Positions 1-8,746 of a DNA stretch of 18,010 nucleotides are shown here, in pieces. The DNA comes from Armatimonadota bacterium (lineage in GTDB: Bacteria; Sysuimicrobiota; Sysuimicrobiia; Sysuimicrobiales; Humicultoraceae). How positions within the stretch are numbered: position 1 is the first letter of the stretch; each line of letters opens with the position of its first letter. The DNA is taken from contig JBQTJP010000291.1 of the NCBI GenBank assembly GCA_052386995.1, positions 1 through 18,010 of the forward strand, given 5' to 3'. A program made the translations under genes and the position numbers. The notes beneath the pieces are model-generated. The model saw only the letters and a list, made by a program, of their open reading frames with translations. It searched no databases and was not told the origin of the DNA.

Positions 1-60
1 AAATGCAATGACCGCGACGACGAGGCAAACGATCCACGCCTGCACGCGCGTCCTCGACAT
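1..60 (-). CDS. 5' end of an exported protein (signal peptide), running off the left edge; possibly a solute-binding protein
   Basis: Manual translation from ATG at 60 gives MSRTRVQAWIVCLVVAVIAF..., a basic N-terminus followed by a hydrophobic stretch. A G-rich SD-like GGGGGG lies about 6 nt upstream. Not in the ORF track because it is truncated. Confidence 0.6.
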   Translation of the reverse strand, partial: MSRTRVQAWIVCLVVAVIAF

Positions 61-118
61 GTTGATCCCCCCAAAGGTTGGATCTATGACGCTACTCGCA
101 ACACTGGATTTGCTGCTC

Positions 119-146
119 CTTCCGTACCCCGCGAGGGATTTCCTCC
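119..146 (-). promoter_or_regulatory. Possible SigH-like alternative-sigma promoter for the left-edge gene
   Basis: Minus strand reads GGAGGAAAT-N12-ACGGAAG, resembling the Bacillus SigH consensus RNAGGAWWW-N11/12-RNNGAAT with the last base mismatched. Motif match only. Confidence 0.25.
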
Positions 147-1171
147 TATGGCCGTTCTGCATCGTCCGACGGCACCGCGAGCACAAAGGCGAGCGCGTCG
201 CCGGCGAACACGCGCGGAAGCGTCCGCAGGAACAACACACGTCCATCGCGCGCCGAAGCCACCTCCGCCAGGACGGTGCCGTCGGGGTGGCGCACCTGAC
301 CCAGCGGCTGGCCGGCGTGTATGCGTTCCCACAAGCCAACAGCGGGGACGAAGATGCCGGAGGTCGGGCTGGGATGATCGACTTGCAAGTGCCCGGATCC
401 TGGGGTGGGCATCTCGACGACGTACCTCGGTCGCCCGGTGGGATACGAGCCTCCGACGATCCCGAGATAGGCGAGCACATGGCGGAGGCCTTGCGTCGCC
501 CGCGCCAGGTCCTCGGGCCGGCAGCGGCCTTCGCCGCGCATCTCGACGTAGATGGCAGGAATGCCAATCTCGCCCGCGGCCGAGAGCGTCCGACCTGGTA
601 GGCCACCTGTGCCCCACACAAGATCGGCGCCAAACGCAATGGCCGCTTCTCTCTGGATGCGGCCAACCTCGCCGTCGCGTAATTGATAACCGGCCAGGTG
701 CTTGATGGCGTACGCGTTGCCGCCGCTGTGAAGGTCGAGGAGCAGGTCGGCCTGCGGCAGCAGGTGTTCGCGAAAGGCGTGCGCGATACGCATCGTGGGA
801 CTGCCGGACGCGCTGCCTGGAAAGACGCGTGCCAGGTTCAGCTGGTCCCAATGGCCTTCACGCTGCGCGGCGACGAACGCCGGGCCGTTCATCACCGGGA
901 TCCCAACGAACGTCCCCCGCATCGCAGCGGGGTCAAGTCTGGAGAAGGTGTCCTGGATGGCTGCCGTGCCCTCGTACTCGTCGCCGTGGACGGCACCGAG
1001 GGCCAGCAGGGTCTTGCCCGGCTGCGCGCCCCGCGCAATGAGTGTGGGAAACGACAATCGCTGCCCGTCAGGCAGGTGATCGATGACCAGTTCGAGTCGC
1101 CGCGTGCTCCCGGGTGGGATCTGGGTGATCTGGAATGTCTCCACCGGCAGCCGATCATCGTCTTGCATCAT
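146..1171 (-). CDS. Succinylglutamate desuccinylase/aspartoacylase (M14 ASTE/ASPA, EutE/DoeB-like) zinc deacylase, about 341 aa
   Basis: Motifs GAVHGDEYEG (HxxE Zn ligands), NLARVFPG, LDLHSGG (third Zn ligand) and YVEMRG (catalytic Glu), plus a C-terminal biotinyl-lipoyl-like beta domain (SPTSGIF...GQPLG). Start moved from 1516 to ATG 1171 (or 1168), which is 7 nt after the upstream stop. Confidence 0.88.
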   Translation of the reverse strand: MMQDDDRLPVETFQITQIPPGSTRRLELVIDHLPDGQRLSFPTLIARGAQPGKTLLALGAVHGDEYEGTAAIQDTFSRLDPAAMRGTFVGIPVMNGPAFVAAQREGHWDQLNLARVFPGSASGSPTMRIAHAFREHLLPQADLLLDLHSGGNAYAIKHLAGYQLRDGEVGRIQREAAIAFGADLVWGTGGLPGRTLSAAGEIGIPAIYVEMRGEGRCRPEDLARATQGLRHVLAYLGIVGGSYPTGRPRYVVEMPTPGSGHLQVDHPSPTSGIFVPAVGLWERIHAGQPLGQVRHPDGTVLAEVASARDGRVLFLRTLPRVFAGDALAFVLAVPSDDAERP

Positions 1172-1178
1172 GCTCGAC

Positions 1179-4100
1179 CTAACGGCCGCTCGTGGCCGGC
1201 CCCACCGCGCGGCTGAGCTCCAATGCGAGCGCGGCCGCCTCATCTGCCGGCATCGCGCGGCCGCGTGCCCAGGCCGCCTGGAAGTTCTCGGATGAGAGAC
1301 GCTGCCGAACCGCGGCGAGTGCGGGCGCATGCCAGGCCGCGTCCATAGTGGACAGCGGCGCCTTAATTGTCTCGCGCAGCGCGTTCGCGGCGCCGAGCAG
1401 CCGGGCAACCTTTTCAGGAGGGCCATCGCCGGCCGCGCAGGCCGCGATCCCTTCCATCGACTCCGCGATGCCCAGGCGTTCGCCGTGACGCCGTCGGGCC
1501 TCCAGAGCCTCGGCAAACCGCACTATCGCACCGTCGTGGTCGCCTCGGGCCAGGGCGATCTCGCCGAGCAACTGCAGTGCCCAGGCCACTGCCCACATGT
1601 CGCCCACGCCGCGGAAGATCTCGAGGCTCTCGGCGGCCAAGGACGCCGCGCTGTCGAAGTCTCGCTGATCGAGCGTCGACCCTGCGAGCAGCCGCAGCGC
1701 ATAGGCACGCGGCCATGGCGCGCCGGTCTCCTGGCTGATGGCCAGCGCTTCCCGTCCCAATTGCATCGCTCTCGCGCCGTCGCCCTGCTGCAGCGCCAGA
1801 CGGCCGAGCATCGCAAGGACCTGTGAGACGGCGTCTTTCAGGCCGATCCGACGCGCGAGCGTGAGGCTCTCTTCCAGATGTGTTCGCGCTCGCTGATGGT
1901 CGATCTGATAGTAGGAGACCACCCCGAGATAGTGGTGCACCCGCGCCTGTGAGGCCGGGTCGGCCAGTTCGCCAAACAGAGCAAGACTCTCCTTGAGATA
2001 CGCTGCGGCCCGGGGGTAGTCGCCCTGGCGTAGGGGAACGAGGGCCATGTTGAGGAGCGTCGACGCGATGCCCCAACTATGCCCGAGCTGACGGTTGAGC
2101 GCCAGGCTCTCCTCCAGCATTGCGGCCGCCGGCGCATAGTCCCCGCGGGACCGCGCCAGTAGCCCCAACCACTGCAAATCGAATGCGATCCCCCATCGGT
2201 CGCCGAGGTCCTTGAACACCGACAGGCCTTCCTGAAGGAGCCGCTCGGCCCGCGCGAAGTCTCCAGCCTGGAAGGCGAAGCTGCCCATGACGGACAGGAC
2301 GGCCCCCTTCTCCCAGGGGAGGCCACCGGCAGTAGTCAGCGCCAGCGACTCTTCCGCCAGCGACGTTGCACGTTCGTAATCGCCCCGAGCTCCGGCAACC
2401 ATAGCAAGAACGACGAGCGCGTAGCCCGTGGCATCGAGGTCGCCTAGATCGCGGGCGATCGCCAGCCCTTCCTCACTCAGCGCGGTCGCGGCCGCATAGT
2501 CGGCGGCAAAGAATGCCAGCATCGCGGCGGAGGCCAGTGTCCGCGCGCGGATGCTGCTTGGCCGTCTCGCACGGGCCACCGCTTTGTTCAGCCACTCCCG
2601 GCCCTCATTGTTTTGTCCCCGCAGGCTCCAGAACCACCACAGCGACTCCGCCATCCGGGCCGGGATCTCTTCCTCGGCGCTTTCGAGCGCCCACTCGAGC
2701 GCGCCGCGGATGTTATCGTGCTCGGCATCCAACCGGCTCAGCCACACCAGTTGATCCGCGGTCTGCAGCTTGGGTCCCGCGCGCTCCGCGAGCGACAGGA
2801 ACCACTCAAGATGCCGGTGCCGAACCGCGGGCGCTTCGCCAGCCTCGACCAGCTTGTCCCGACCGTACTGCTTCACCGTCTCCAGGAGACGATATCGGTT
2901 TTCGCGATCCTCTTCCTCGGCCACGACGAGCGACTTGTCCACCAGGCGCGTGAGCAGATCGAGGACCCCGTGGCTCCCGACATCACCAGCAGCACACACG
3001 GCCTCCGCGGCATCCAGCGTGCAGCCTCTGCTGAACACCGACAGGCGGCGCAGGAGCGCAGCCTCCTGCGAGGTCAACAGGTCGTAGCTCCAGTCCATGG
3101 CGGCCTTGAGGGTCTGCTGACGCGGCATGGCCGTGCGGCTGCCGCCGGCCAGCAACCGGAACCGATCGTCGAGGCGGGCGGCGATCTGGTCGGATGTGAG
3201 CACCCGGATACGCGACGCGGCCAGTTCTATCGCCAGGGGAATGCCGTCGAGCCGCCGGCAAATCTGCACGATCGCCGGCGCATTCTGCTCGGTGAGGACG
3301 AATCCCGCAACGACTTCAGCGGCTCGTTCTACAAACAGACGCACCGCTTCGAAAGTCTCCAGCGCATTTCGATCAAGCACGCGACGCGGGTCGGGTACCG
3401 AGAGAGAAGGGATGCGCCAGGCCGCCTCACCCGCGATCGCCAGGGCCTCGCGGCTCGTGCAGAGGAGCTTCAGGCTCGGCGCCGCGCCGAGGAGTTCGGT
3501 GGCAAGTTCGGCGATGGCGTCCACGAGATGCTCGCAGTTGTCCAGGACCAGGAGCATACGCCTGGACTGTAGATGGCCCGTCAGCGACTCGATCAGAGGG
3601 CGGTCCGGATCCTCGCGGACGCCAAGCGACGAGGCGACCGCCTGCGGGACAAGGCCCGGGTCTGTCACCTGCGCCAGTTCCACCAGGTACACGCCGTGAG
3701 GAAACTCCTCGACCACCCGATCGGCGACCTGCAGGGCCAGGCGCGTCTTGCCGGCCCCACCGATCCCGACCACGGTCAGCAGGTGTGTGGTGCCCAGCAG
3801 GCGTCTGACTTCCTCGATTTCGCTTTCCCGTCCGATGAAGCTGGTGAGCCGCCGCGGAAGCCCGATCGAACGCGTGGCCACAGAACGGAGCGGAGGGAAA
3901 TCTGACGGAAGGCCTGGATGCACCACCTGGTAGAGATGCTCGGAGTGTGCCAGGTCCTTCAGCCGGTGTCGCCCAAGATCTCGCAGGGCCGCGTCGTCGG
4001 GGAGATCGTGTTCGACCAGGTCCCGCGTCGTCCGTGAGAGCAGGATCTGCCCCCCGTGGCCGGCAGAGCAGATGCGCGCGGCGCGATGCACATCCAGTCC

Positions 4101-4430
4101 GACGTAGCCGCCGTCTGAAAGGGCCGGCTCTCCCGTATGCAGACCCATTCGCACACGCACCTGTTCGCTGCCGGGCCACTCGTGCTCGAGCACCGTCTTC
4201 TGCATGGAGACGGAGGCGGCGACCGCGTCGGCGGCGCGGAGGAAGGCCACGAAGAAGGCATCGCCCTGCGTGTCGACCTCGCGTCCGCCTGAAGCCTGGA
4301 ACGCGGCCCTCAGCATCCGGCGGTGGTCTTCCAGAACCCGCTGGTAGGCATCGCCCAGACGCTGCAGGAGGGCGGTTGAGCCCTCGATGTCTGTAAACAG
4401 AAATGTGACAGTACCGGTAGGCAGAGACAT
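1179..4430 (-). CDS. Class III adenylate/guanylate cyclase domain + STAND (NB-ARC-like) NTPase + winged helix + TPR repeats, 1083 aa
   Basis: Cyclase motifs TFLFTDIEGST, TQGDAFF, RMGLHTGE and VHRAARICSAGHGGQILLS. P-loop GIGGAGKT, Walker B LLVLDNCEH, GIPLAI (GxP) and RYRLLETVKQY. About 40-aa helical repeats of the type A...LEESLAL.R.LG...G.A..L fill the C-terminal ~450 aa. Confidence 0.93.
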   Translation of the reverse strand: MSLPTGTVTFLFTDIEGSTALLQRLGDAYQRVLEDHRRMLRAAFQASGGREVDTQGDAFFVAFLRAADAVAASVSMQKTVLEHEWPGSEQVRVRMGLHTGEPALSDGGYVGLDVHRAARICSAGHGGQILLSRTTRDLVEHDLPDDAALRDLGRHRLKDLAHSEHLYQVVHPGLPSDFPPLRSVATRSIGLPRRLTSFIGRESEIEEVRRLLGTTHLLTVVGIGGAGKTRLALQVADRVVEEFPHGVYLVELAQVTDPGLVPQAVASSLGVREDPDRPLIESLTGHLQSRRMLLVLDNCEHLVDAIAELATELLGAAPSLKLLCTSREALAIAGEAAWRIPSLSVPDPRRVLDRNALETFEAVRLFVERAAEVVAGFVLTEQNAPAIVQICRRLDGIPLAIELAASRIRVLTSDQIAARLDDRFRLLAGGSRTAMPRQQTLKAAMDWSYDLLTSQEAALLRRLSVFSRGCTLDAAEAVCAAGDVGSHGVLDLLTRLVDKSLVVAEEEDRENRYRLLETVKQYGRDKLVEAGEAPAVRHRHLEWFLSLAERAGPKLQTADQLVWLSRLDAEHDNIRGALEWALESAEEEIPARMAESLWWFWSLRGQNNEGREWLNKAVARARRPSSIRARTLASAAMLAFFAADYAAATALSEEGLAIARDLGDLDATGYALVVLAMVAGARGDYERATSLAEESLALTTAGGLPWEKGAVLSVMGSFAFQAGDFARAERLLQEGLSVFKDLGDRWGIAFDLQWLGLLARSRGDYAPAAAMLEESLALNRQLGHSWGIASTLLNMALVPLRQGDYPRAAAYLKESLALFGELADPASQARVHHYLGVVSYYQIDHQRARTHLEESLTLARRIGLKDAVSQVLAMLGRLALQQGDGARAMQLGREALAISQETGAPWPRAYALRLLAGSTLDQRDFDSAASLAAESLEIFRGVGDMWAVAWALQLLGEIALARGDHDGAIVRFAEALEARRRHGERLGIAESMEGIAACAAGDGPPEKVARLLGAANALRETIKAPLSTMDAAWHAPALAAVRQRLSSENFQAAWARGRAMPADEAAALALELSRAVGPATSGR

Positions 4431-4434
4431 GAGG

Positions 4435-5916
4435 TCAGTATACTGCGTCTGTTTCGAACGGGTAGAGTGGGCGGCGACGGTGAGGGAAAGTGAAGCGTGA
4501 GAGGTCTGCGGATGTGACCCCCGGGGTGTTCACTAGAACGATCTGGGCGGCAATCGGCTCGTACGCTGCACGCGGGGCCACGACACCCTTCGCCACGATG
4601 ACGCGCTTCGCCTCGGGCCGAATGCCGAGGGAGTACAACTGCTGCAGGCTAGTCGGAGTGACGCGTTTGCTGGTCAGCACCAGCGTGTGATCATCGACTG
4701 TTTCAAGGACGGCGGTGACACCGGCATCGAAGAACCGATGCCCCCCATGCCGGGGCTCAGGTTCCTCGAAGCGCCCGTCGGCGATCGTGCGAACTGTGCC
4801 GGTCACCTCCGCCGGCTCGCCGTGTCGTTGGTCGGTCTTCCCACCAACGCGGAGCGTGATTTCCCGCCATACGCCGGCCGCGACACATGCGGCCACAGCC
4901 TCGGGATCATACAAGATGAAAAGCAGGCTTCGCACACCCAGCCGTTTCGCCGCCGCGAGAAGAATCGTCGAGTCTCCAGGGCCGCCACCCCCCACATTGT
5001 CGCCGACGTCCATGAGGACGACAGGGTGCCTTGGCGCGGCCGCGGCGAGCCTGAGCGCTTCGTCGACGAGCGGAACCTCACCATTGAACTCAGCTCTCCG
5101 GTCCCAGGCCCTCCGCGCCATGCGACGGGCCGCCTCGGTGGCCGCCCGAGCATCGCCGTCATGAATCGCGAGAAACGCCATGCCCATTTCCGGAACGTCC
5201 GCGTACGGATAACCCATGGCCACGCTTGCCGAGAGCATGCCCGGCTGCTGAAGGACCTCTTCGAGGTCTCGCATGATTGTCCGCATTGGTTCCGAGGCAG
5301 TGTGCTGCTTCACGATACTGATCATTACGGGCGGGGTCTCGAGGGCTTGAACGGGGCGGATCTCCCGCTTGATCGTGCGCACAAGCAGTTCAGCGCACTC
5401 CAGCGCGCGGGGGCGGGCATCCACGTGCGGGTTGGTCCGGTAGAGCACCGTGACGGTCGCGTTCTCGACCATTTTCCTAGACACATTCGCGTGCATGTCC
5501 AGGCTCAATCCGATGGGTATCTCGGCGCCCAAAAGCGTTCGGACGCGCGAGACGATCTCTCCGTCGGCATCCGGATAGTCCTCTGAGACGGCTGCGCCGT
5601 GTTGTGCTAAGAGTACGCCATCCCAGGGGCCCTGATCGCGCAGTAACTGGATCATTTCCGCGGCGATCCGCTCAAACGCGTCTGCGGTGATCAGCCCCGA
5701 CGGCGTGGCATGAGCGAAGATCAACGGAGTGATCTCAACCCCGAGCTGGTCGCCGGCCTCAAGATATCCTGCCATCGTGGAATGGGCCTCCTTGAAGGCC
5801 CGCACGATCTGCTCTGTCCGGAGAATGCCGGTGCGTTCAAACGCCTCGTACTCCGTCGGAGCGCTCGCGAACGTGTTCGTTTCGTGCGACATTCCCAGCG
5901 CGGCCAGCCGCATCAC
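4435..5916 (-). CDS. M81 family metallopeptidase (MlrC-like), full length, about 492 aa
   Basis: Motifs HETNTF, QHGAAVSE..DADGE, LDMHAN (Asp/His ligands), YRTNPHVD (His ligand), GYPYADVPEMG, DVGDNVGGGGPGD, VGGKTD and RRRPLYPFE. Start is GTG 5916 or ATG 5913, with AAGGTGG upstream. Confidence 0.92.
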   Translation of the reverse strand: MMRLAALGMSHETNTFASAPTEYEAFERTGILRTEQIVRAFKEAHSTMAGYLEAGDQLGVEITPLIFAHATPSGLITADAFERIAAEMIQLLRDQGPWDGVLLAQHGAAVSEDYPDADGEIVSRVRTLLGAEIPIGLSLDMHANVSRKMVENATVTVLYRTNPHVDARPRALECAELLVRTIKREIRPVQALETPPVMISIVKQHTASEPMRTIMRDLEEVLQQPGMLSASVAMGYPYADVPEMGMAFLAIHDGDARAATEAARRMARRAWDRRAEFNGEVPLVDEALRLAAAAPRHPVVLMDVGDNVGGGGPGDSTILLAAAKRLGVRSLLFILYDPEAVAACVAAGVWREITLRVGGKTDQRHGEPAEVTGTVRTIADGRFEEPEPRHGGHRFFDAGVTAVLETVDDHTLVLTSKRVTPTSLQQLYSLGIRPEAKRVIVAKGVVAPRAAYEPIAAQIVLVNTPGVTSADLSRFTFPHRRRPLYPFETDAVY

Positions 5917-5953
5917 AGCGGGATACCCACCTTACGTACGAGCGTCGACAACA

Positions 5954-7249
5954 CTAGCGGTGGGTGGCGCCGATCGCCCACGCTACCGCGTCCAGTGTCT
6001 GATCCAGGTCCGCTTCGGAATGGCTGTAGGAGACATACCAGCGCCCGCCCGGGATCACCCGGACGCCCGCCGTCACCATCGCCGCGGCAAACCTGGCGTA
6101 GGCGGCCCGGCTCACGCGCGCCGAGCCCGCATAGCCGTCGATGGCCGGCTCGTCGGTGAACCACATGTAGAAGACCGGGCCGGGTCCCTGCACGAGCACC
6201 GGGATCCCTCGCGCGGTGGCGGCCTCCCGGATTCCGCGCATCAGCCGCTGTCCCACGTCGCGAAGATGCCCGTAGACCGCGCCGCCGTCCCGTTCCAGCT
6301 CGTCCAGGGTGGCCAGCGACGCCGCAACGCCCAGCGGGTTGCCGTTGAACGTGCCCGCGTGTGTCACGGCGCCCGAGGAGATCAGCTCCATGATCTCCCG
6401 GCGGCCGCCAACGCAGCTGATCGGAAACCCATTGGCCATGGCTTTGCCGAAGACCGCCACGTCTGGCGTCACCCCGAGCAGCGCCTGCGCCCCACCCCGG
6501 TGTACGCGGAATCCTGTGATGACCTCATCGAAGATGAGCACCGCGCCATGCTGGGTGCACAGGGTCCGCACGCGCTCCAGGTACCCCGCGGCCGGCATGA
6601 TGACACCGCTGTTGCACATGATGGGTTCCATCAGTACCGCGGCGACCTCCCCGCGATGGGCCGCGAGCAGGCGTTCCAGGGCCGCGGCGTCGTTCCACGA
6701 CGCGAACACGAGGTGCGCGGTAGAAGAGGCGAGCTGTCCTGCGCTCTCCGGTACCGGCGCGGACTGACCGTCAGCCGGAGGATGAGTATTCACCAGCTGC
6801 TCGTCGAGCCATCCGTGGTAGTGCCCGGGAAACCTCACGACCTTTGCGCGGCCGGTATAAGCCCGCGCCAGACGCACCGCCGCGGCAACGGCTTCCGAGC
6901 CGGAGCAGTTGTATCGCACCATCTCGATGCACGGGACGATCTCGGCGAGCCGCTCAGCCAGCACCACCTCGCCTTCATGCTGTCCGCCGTAGAGCAAACC
7001 ACGGGCGGCGGCCGCCGCTAGCGCCTCGACGACCGGCGGATAGGCGTGTCCCAGGATGACCGGACCATATCCGCATGTGTAGTCGATGTAGACGTTGCCA
7101 TCGCAGTCATACAGGCGGCTGCCCTCCGCCCGCACGAAATAGAGCGGCTGGGGCTGTTCTTCCATCTTGACGTTGCTGCTCACCCCGCCGGGCAGCACGC
7201 GGCGCGCGCGCTCCCACAAACGCTGTCCGTTGCGCAGGGACACCTGCAT
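5954..7249 (-). CDS. Class III PLP-dependent aminotransferase, glutamate-1-semialdehyde aminomutase-like, about 431 aa
   Basis: Motifs LPGGVSSN, DCDGNVYIDY..GYGPVILGH, SGSEA, GHYHGW, LIFDEVITGFR, FGKAMANGFP (PLP Lys) and HAGTFNGNP. ATG 7249 has a strong GAGGAGG SD; ATG 7285 is an alternative start. Confidence 0.9.
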   Translation of the reverse strand: MQVSLRNGQRLWERARRVLPGGVSSNVKMEEQPQPLYFVRAEGSRLYDCDGNVYIDYTCGYGPVILGHAYPPVVEALAAAAARGLLYGGQHEGEVVLAERLAEIVPCIEMVRYNCSGSEAVAAAVRLARAYTGRAKVVRFPGHYHGWLDEQLVNTHPPADGQSAPVPESAGQLASSTAHLVFASWNDAAALERLLAAHRGEVAAVLMEPIMCNSGVIMPAAGYLERVRTLCTQHGAVLIFDEVITGFRVHRGGAQALLGVTPDVAVFGKAMANGFPISCVGGRREIMELISSGAVTHAGTFNGNPLGVAASLATLDELERDGGAVYGHLRDVGQRLMRGIREAATARGIPVLVQGPGPVFYMWFTDEPAIDGYAGSARVSRAAYARFAAAMVTAGVRVIPGGRWYVSYSHSEADLDQTLDAVAWAIGATHR

Positions 7250-7285
7250 GGTTGCCCTCCTCGGCCCGGACTTTGCCGCCGCCAT

Positions 7286-8728
7286 TTACGCTCCCACATC
7301 GACAACCAGTGTCTTGATCTGCGTCATCTCCAGCAGCGTATATTTCCCGCCCAGACGCCCGACGCCGCTCGACTTTCCGGAGTACCCGCCAAATGGGGTG
7401 TGCGGCTGCCAGTAGGCGGTGGACTCATTGATGTTGACAATGCCCACCTGCAGCCGTTCGGCTATGCGGACCGCCTTTCGTAGATCCTGGGTGAATAGTG
7501 ACGCCACCAGGCCGGAGGGCGCGCTGTTGGCGATCGCCACCGCCTCATCCTCGTCTTCAAACGGCAGCACCGGCGCAATCGGCCCGAACGTCTCCTCCAG
7601 ATTCAGCAGCATGTCCGGGCGCACGCCGTCCACCACGGTTGCGGGATAATACAGGCGCGTCGGCCGCCCCTCTTGTAGACGCCCGCCCGCGACCACTCTG
7701 GCGCCTTTCTGCACCGCGTCTTCCACGTGGCGGTCCATCTGCCTGGCCGGGCGGTCGTTATTGAGAGGTCCCAGCGTTGTGGCGGCCTCGCGCGGGTCTC
7801 CCAGTCGAAACTCACCCGCGACGGTCAGCAGTTCGTCCACGAACCGCGCGTGAAGCCGGCGGTGGACCAGAATGCGCTCTGTGGAGTCGCAGATCTGACC
7901 GGCGTTCCGGAAGGCGCCGCGGCCCGTGCGCCTCGCGGCTTCTGCGGCGTCGGCATCTTCCAGGACGATCGTCGGCGAGTTTCCCCCCAGTTCGAGCAGC
8001 TGCGGCTTGCCGGCCGCGCGCCGGCTGACAGCGACGCCTGTGGCCGAACTGCCGGTGAACCCGATAGCATCGACGCCCGGATGCCCGGCGAGTTCATCGC
8101 CGACCTCGGCGCCTTCTCCGGTCACCAGGTTCACGACGCCCGGCGGCACGTCCGCTTCCAGGAGACATTCCAGCAGCTTGATAGCGCAGCCCGCCGTGGT
8201 GGGCGCGGGCACCCAGACGATCGAGTTGCCGGCGGCCAGACCGGCGGAAAGATATTCGGACGGGATCGCCAGGGGAAAGTTCCAGGGCGTGATGACGCCA
8301 TACGTACCGCGCGGCTGCCGGATCGTGATGACGCGCTTCGCGCGGTCGCTGCTGGGAATGACGGCGGTCTCCAGGCGTGTCACGTCCTCGGCCGCGATGC
8401 GGAACATGGTCGCCGTGGTCGCGACCTCACCCAAGGCTTCGGCGTGATAGGGCTTCCCCTGTTCGAGGGTCAGATAGTGTGCGAGCGGCTCGCGCCGCCG
8501 TTCGATCTCGTCGGCGATCCGGTGACAGAGCCGGCCGCGCTCGAATGCCGTGAGCCGGGCGAACCCGGGCTGCGCCGCCCGCGCCGCCTCCACGGCCCCG
8601 CCGATGTCCTGCCTGGTGCCGCGCGGAACGGTGGCGATCGCTTCGCCCGTGACGGGGCTGATCACGGGCATGACGTCCCCCGACGAGGCTGCGGTCCACC
8701 GGCCGTTGATCCACATGCTGAATTCCAT
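7286..8728 (-). CDS. NAD(P)-dependent aldehyde dehydrogenase, 480 aa
   Basis: Motifs ITPWNFP, FTGS, LELGGNSP (catalytic Glu), FRNAGQIC (catalytic Cys), EETFGP and PFGGYSGKSSGVGR. Confidence 0.94.
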   Translation of the reverse strand: MEFSMWINGRWTAASSGDVMPVISPVTGEAIATVPRGTRQDIGGAVEAARAAQPGFARLTAFERGRLCHRIADEIERRREPLAHYLTLEQGKPYHAEALGEVATTATMFRIAAEDVTRLETAVIPSSDRAKRVITIRQPRGTYGVITPWNFPLAIPSEYLSAGLAAGNSIVWVPAPTTAGCAIKLLECLLEADVPPGVVNLVTGEGAEVGDELAGHPGVDAIGFTGSSATGVAVSRRAAGKPQLLELGGNSPTIVLEDADAAEAARRTGRGAFRNAGQICDSTERILVHRRLHARFVDELLTVAGEFRLGDPREAATTLGPLNNDRPARQMDRHVEDAVQKGARVVAGGRLQEGRPTRLYYPATVVDGVRPDMLLNLEETFGPIAPVLPFEDEDEAVAIANSAPSGLVASLFTQDLRKAVRIAERLQVGIVNINESTAYWQPHTPFGGYSGKSSGVGRLGGKYTLLEMTQIKTLVVDVGA

Positions 8729-8746
8729 ACGCGCGCGACCCCAAGC

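Noticed and set aside
1172..1516. N-terminal extension of the 456-aa ORF 146..1516
   Set aside because: It overlaps the 3' end of the STAND gene in another frame and is Arg/Pro-rich noise. The deacylase fold begins after 1171.
1300..2600. DNA-level tandem repeat or CRISPR-like array in the TPR region
   Set aside because: The periodicity (~40 aa) is at protein level only. The nucleotide copies are highly diverged, with no identical repeats or spacers.
1179..4430. Confident anti-phage call (Avs, Pycsar or CBASS)
   Set aside because: There is no adjacent cNMP-binding effector, nuclease or defence-island context. It is kept only as an alternative hypothesis.
4435..5916. Microcystin degradation cluster (mlrC)
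   Set aside because: There is no mlrA-, mlrB- or mlrD-like gene in the window. M81 family membership alone does not imply microcystin activity.
5954..7249. Calling the aminotransferase hemL
   Set aside because: It is GSAM-like, but it sits in a catabolic operon with no tetrapyrrole genes nearby, so orthology is unsupported.
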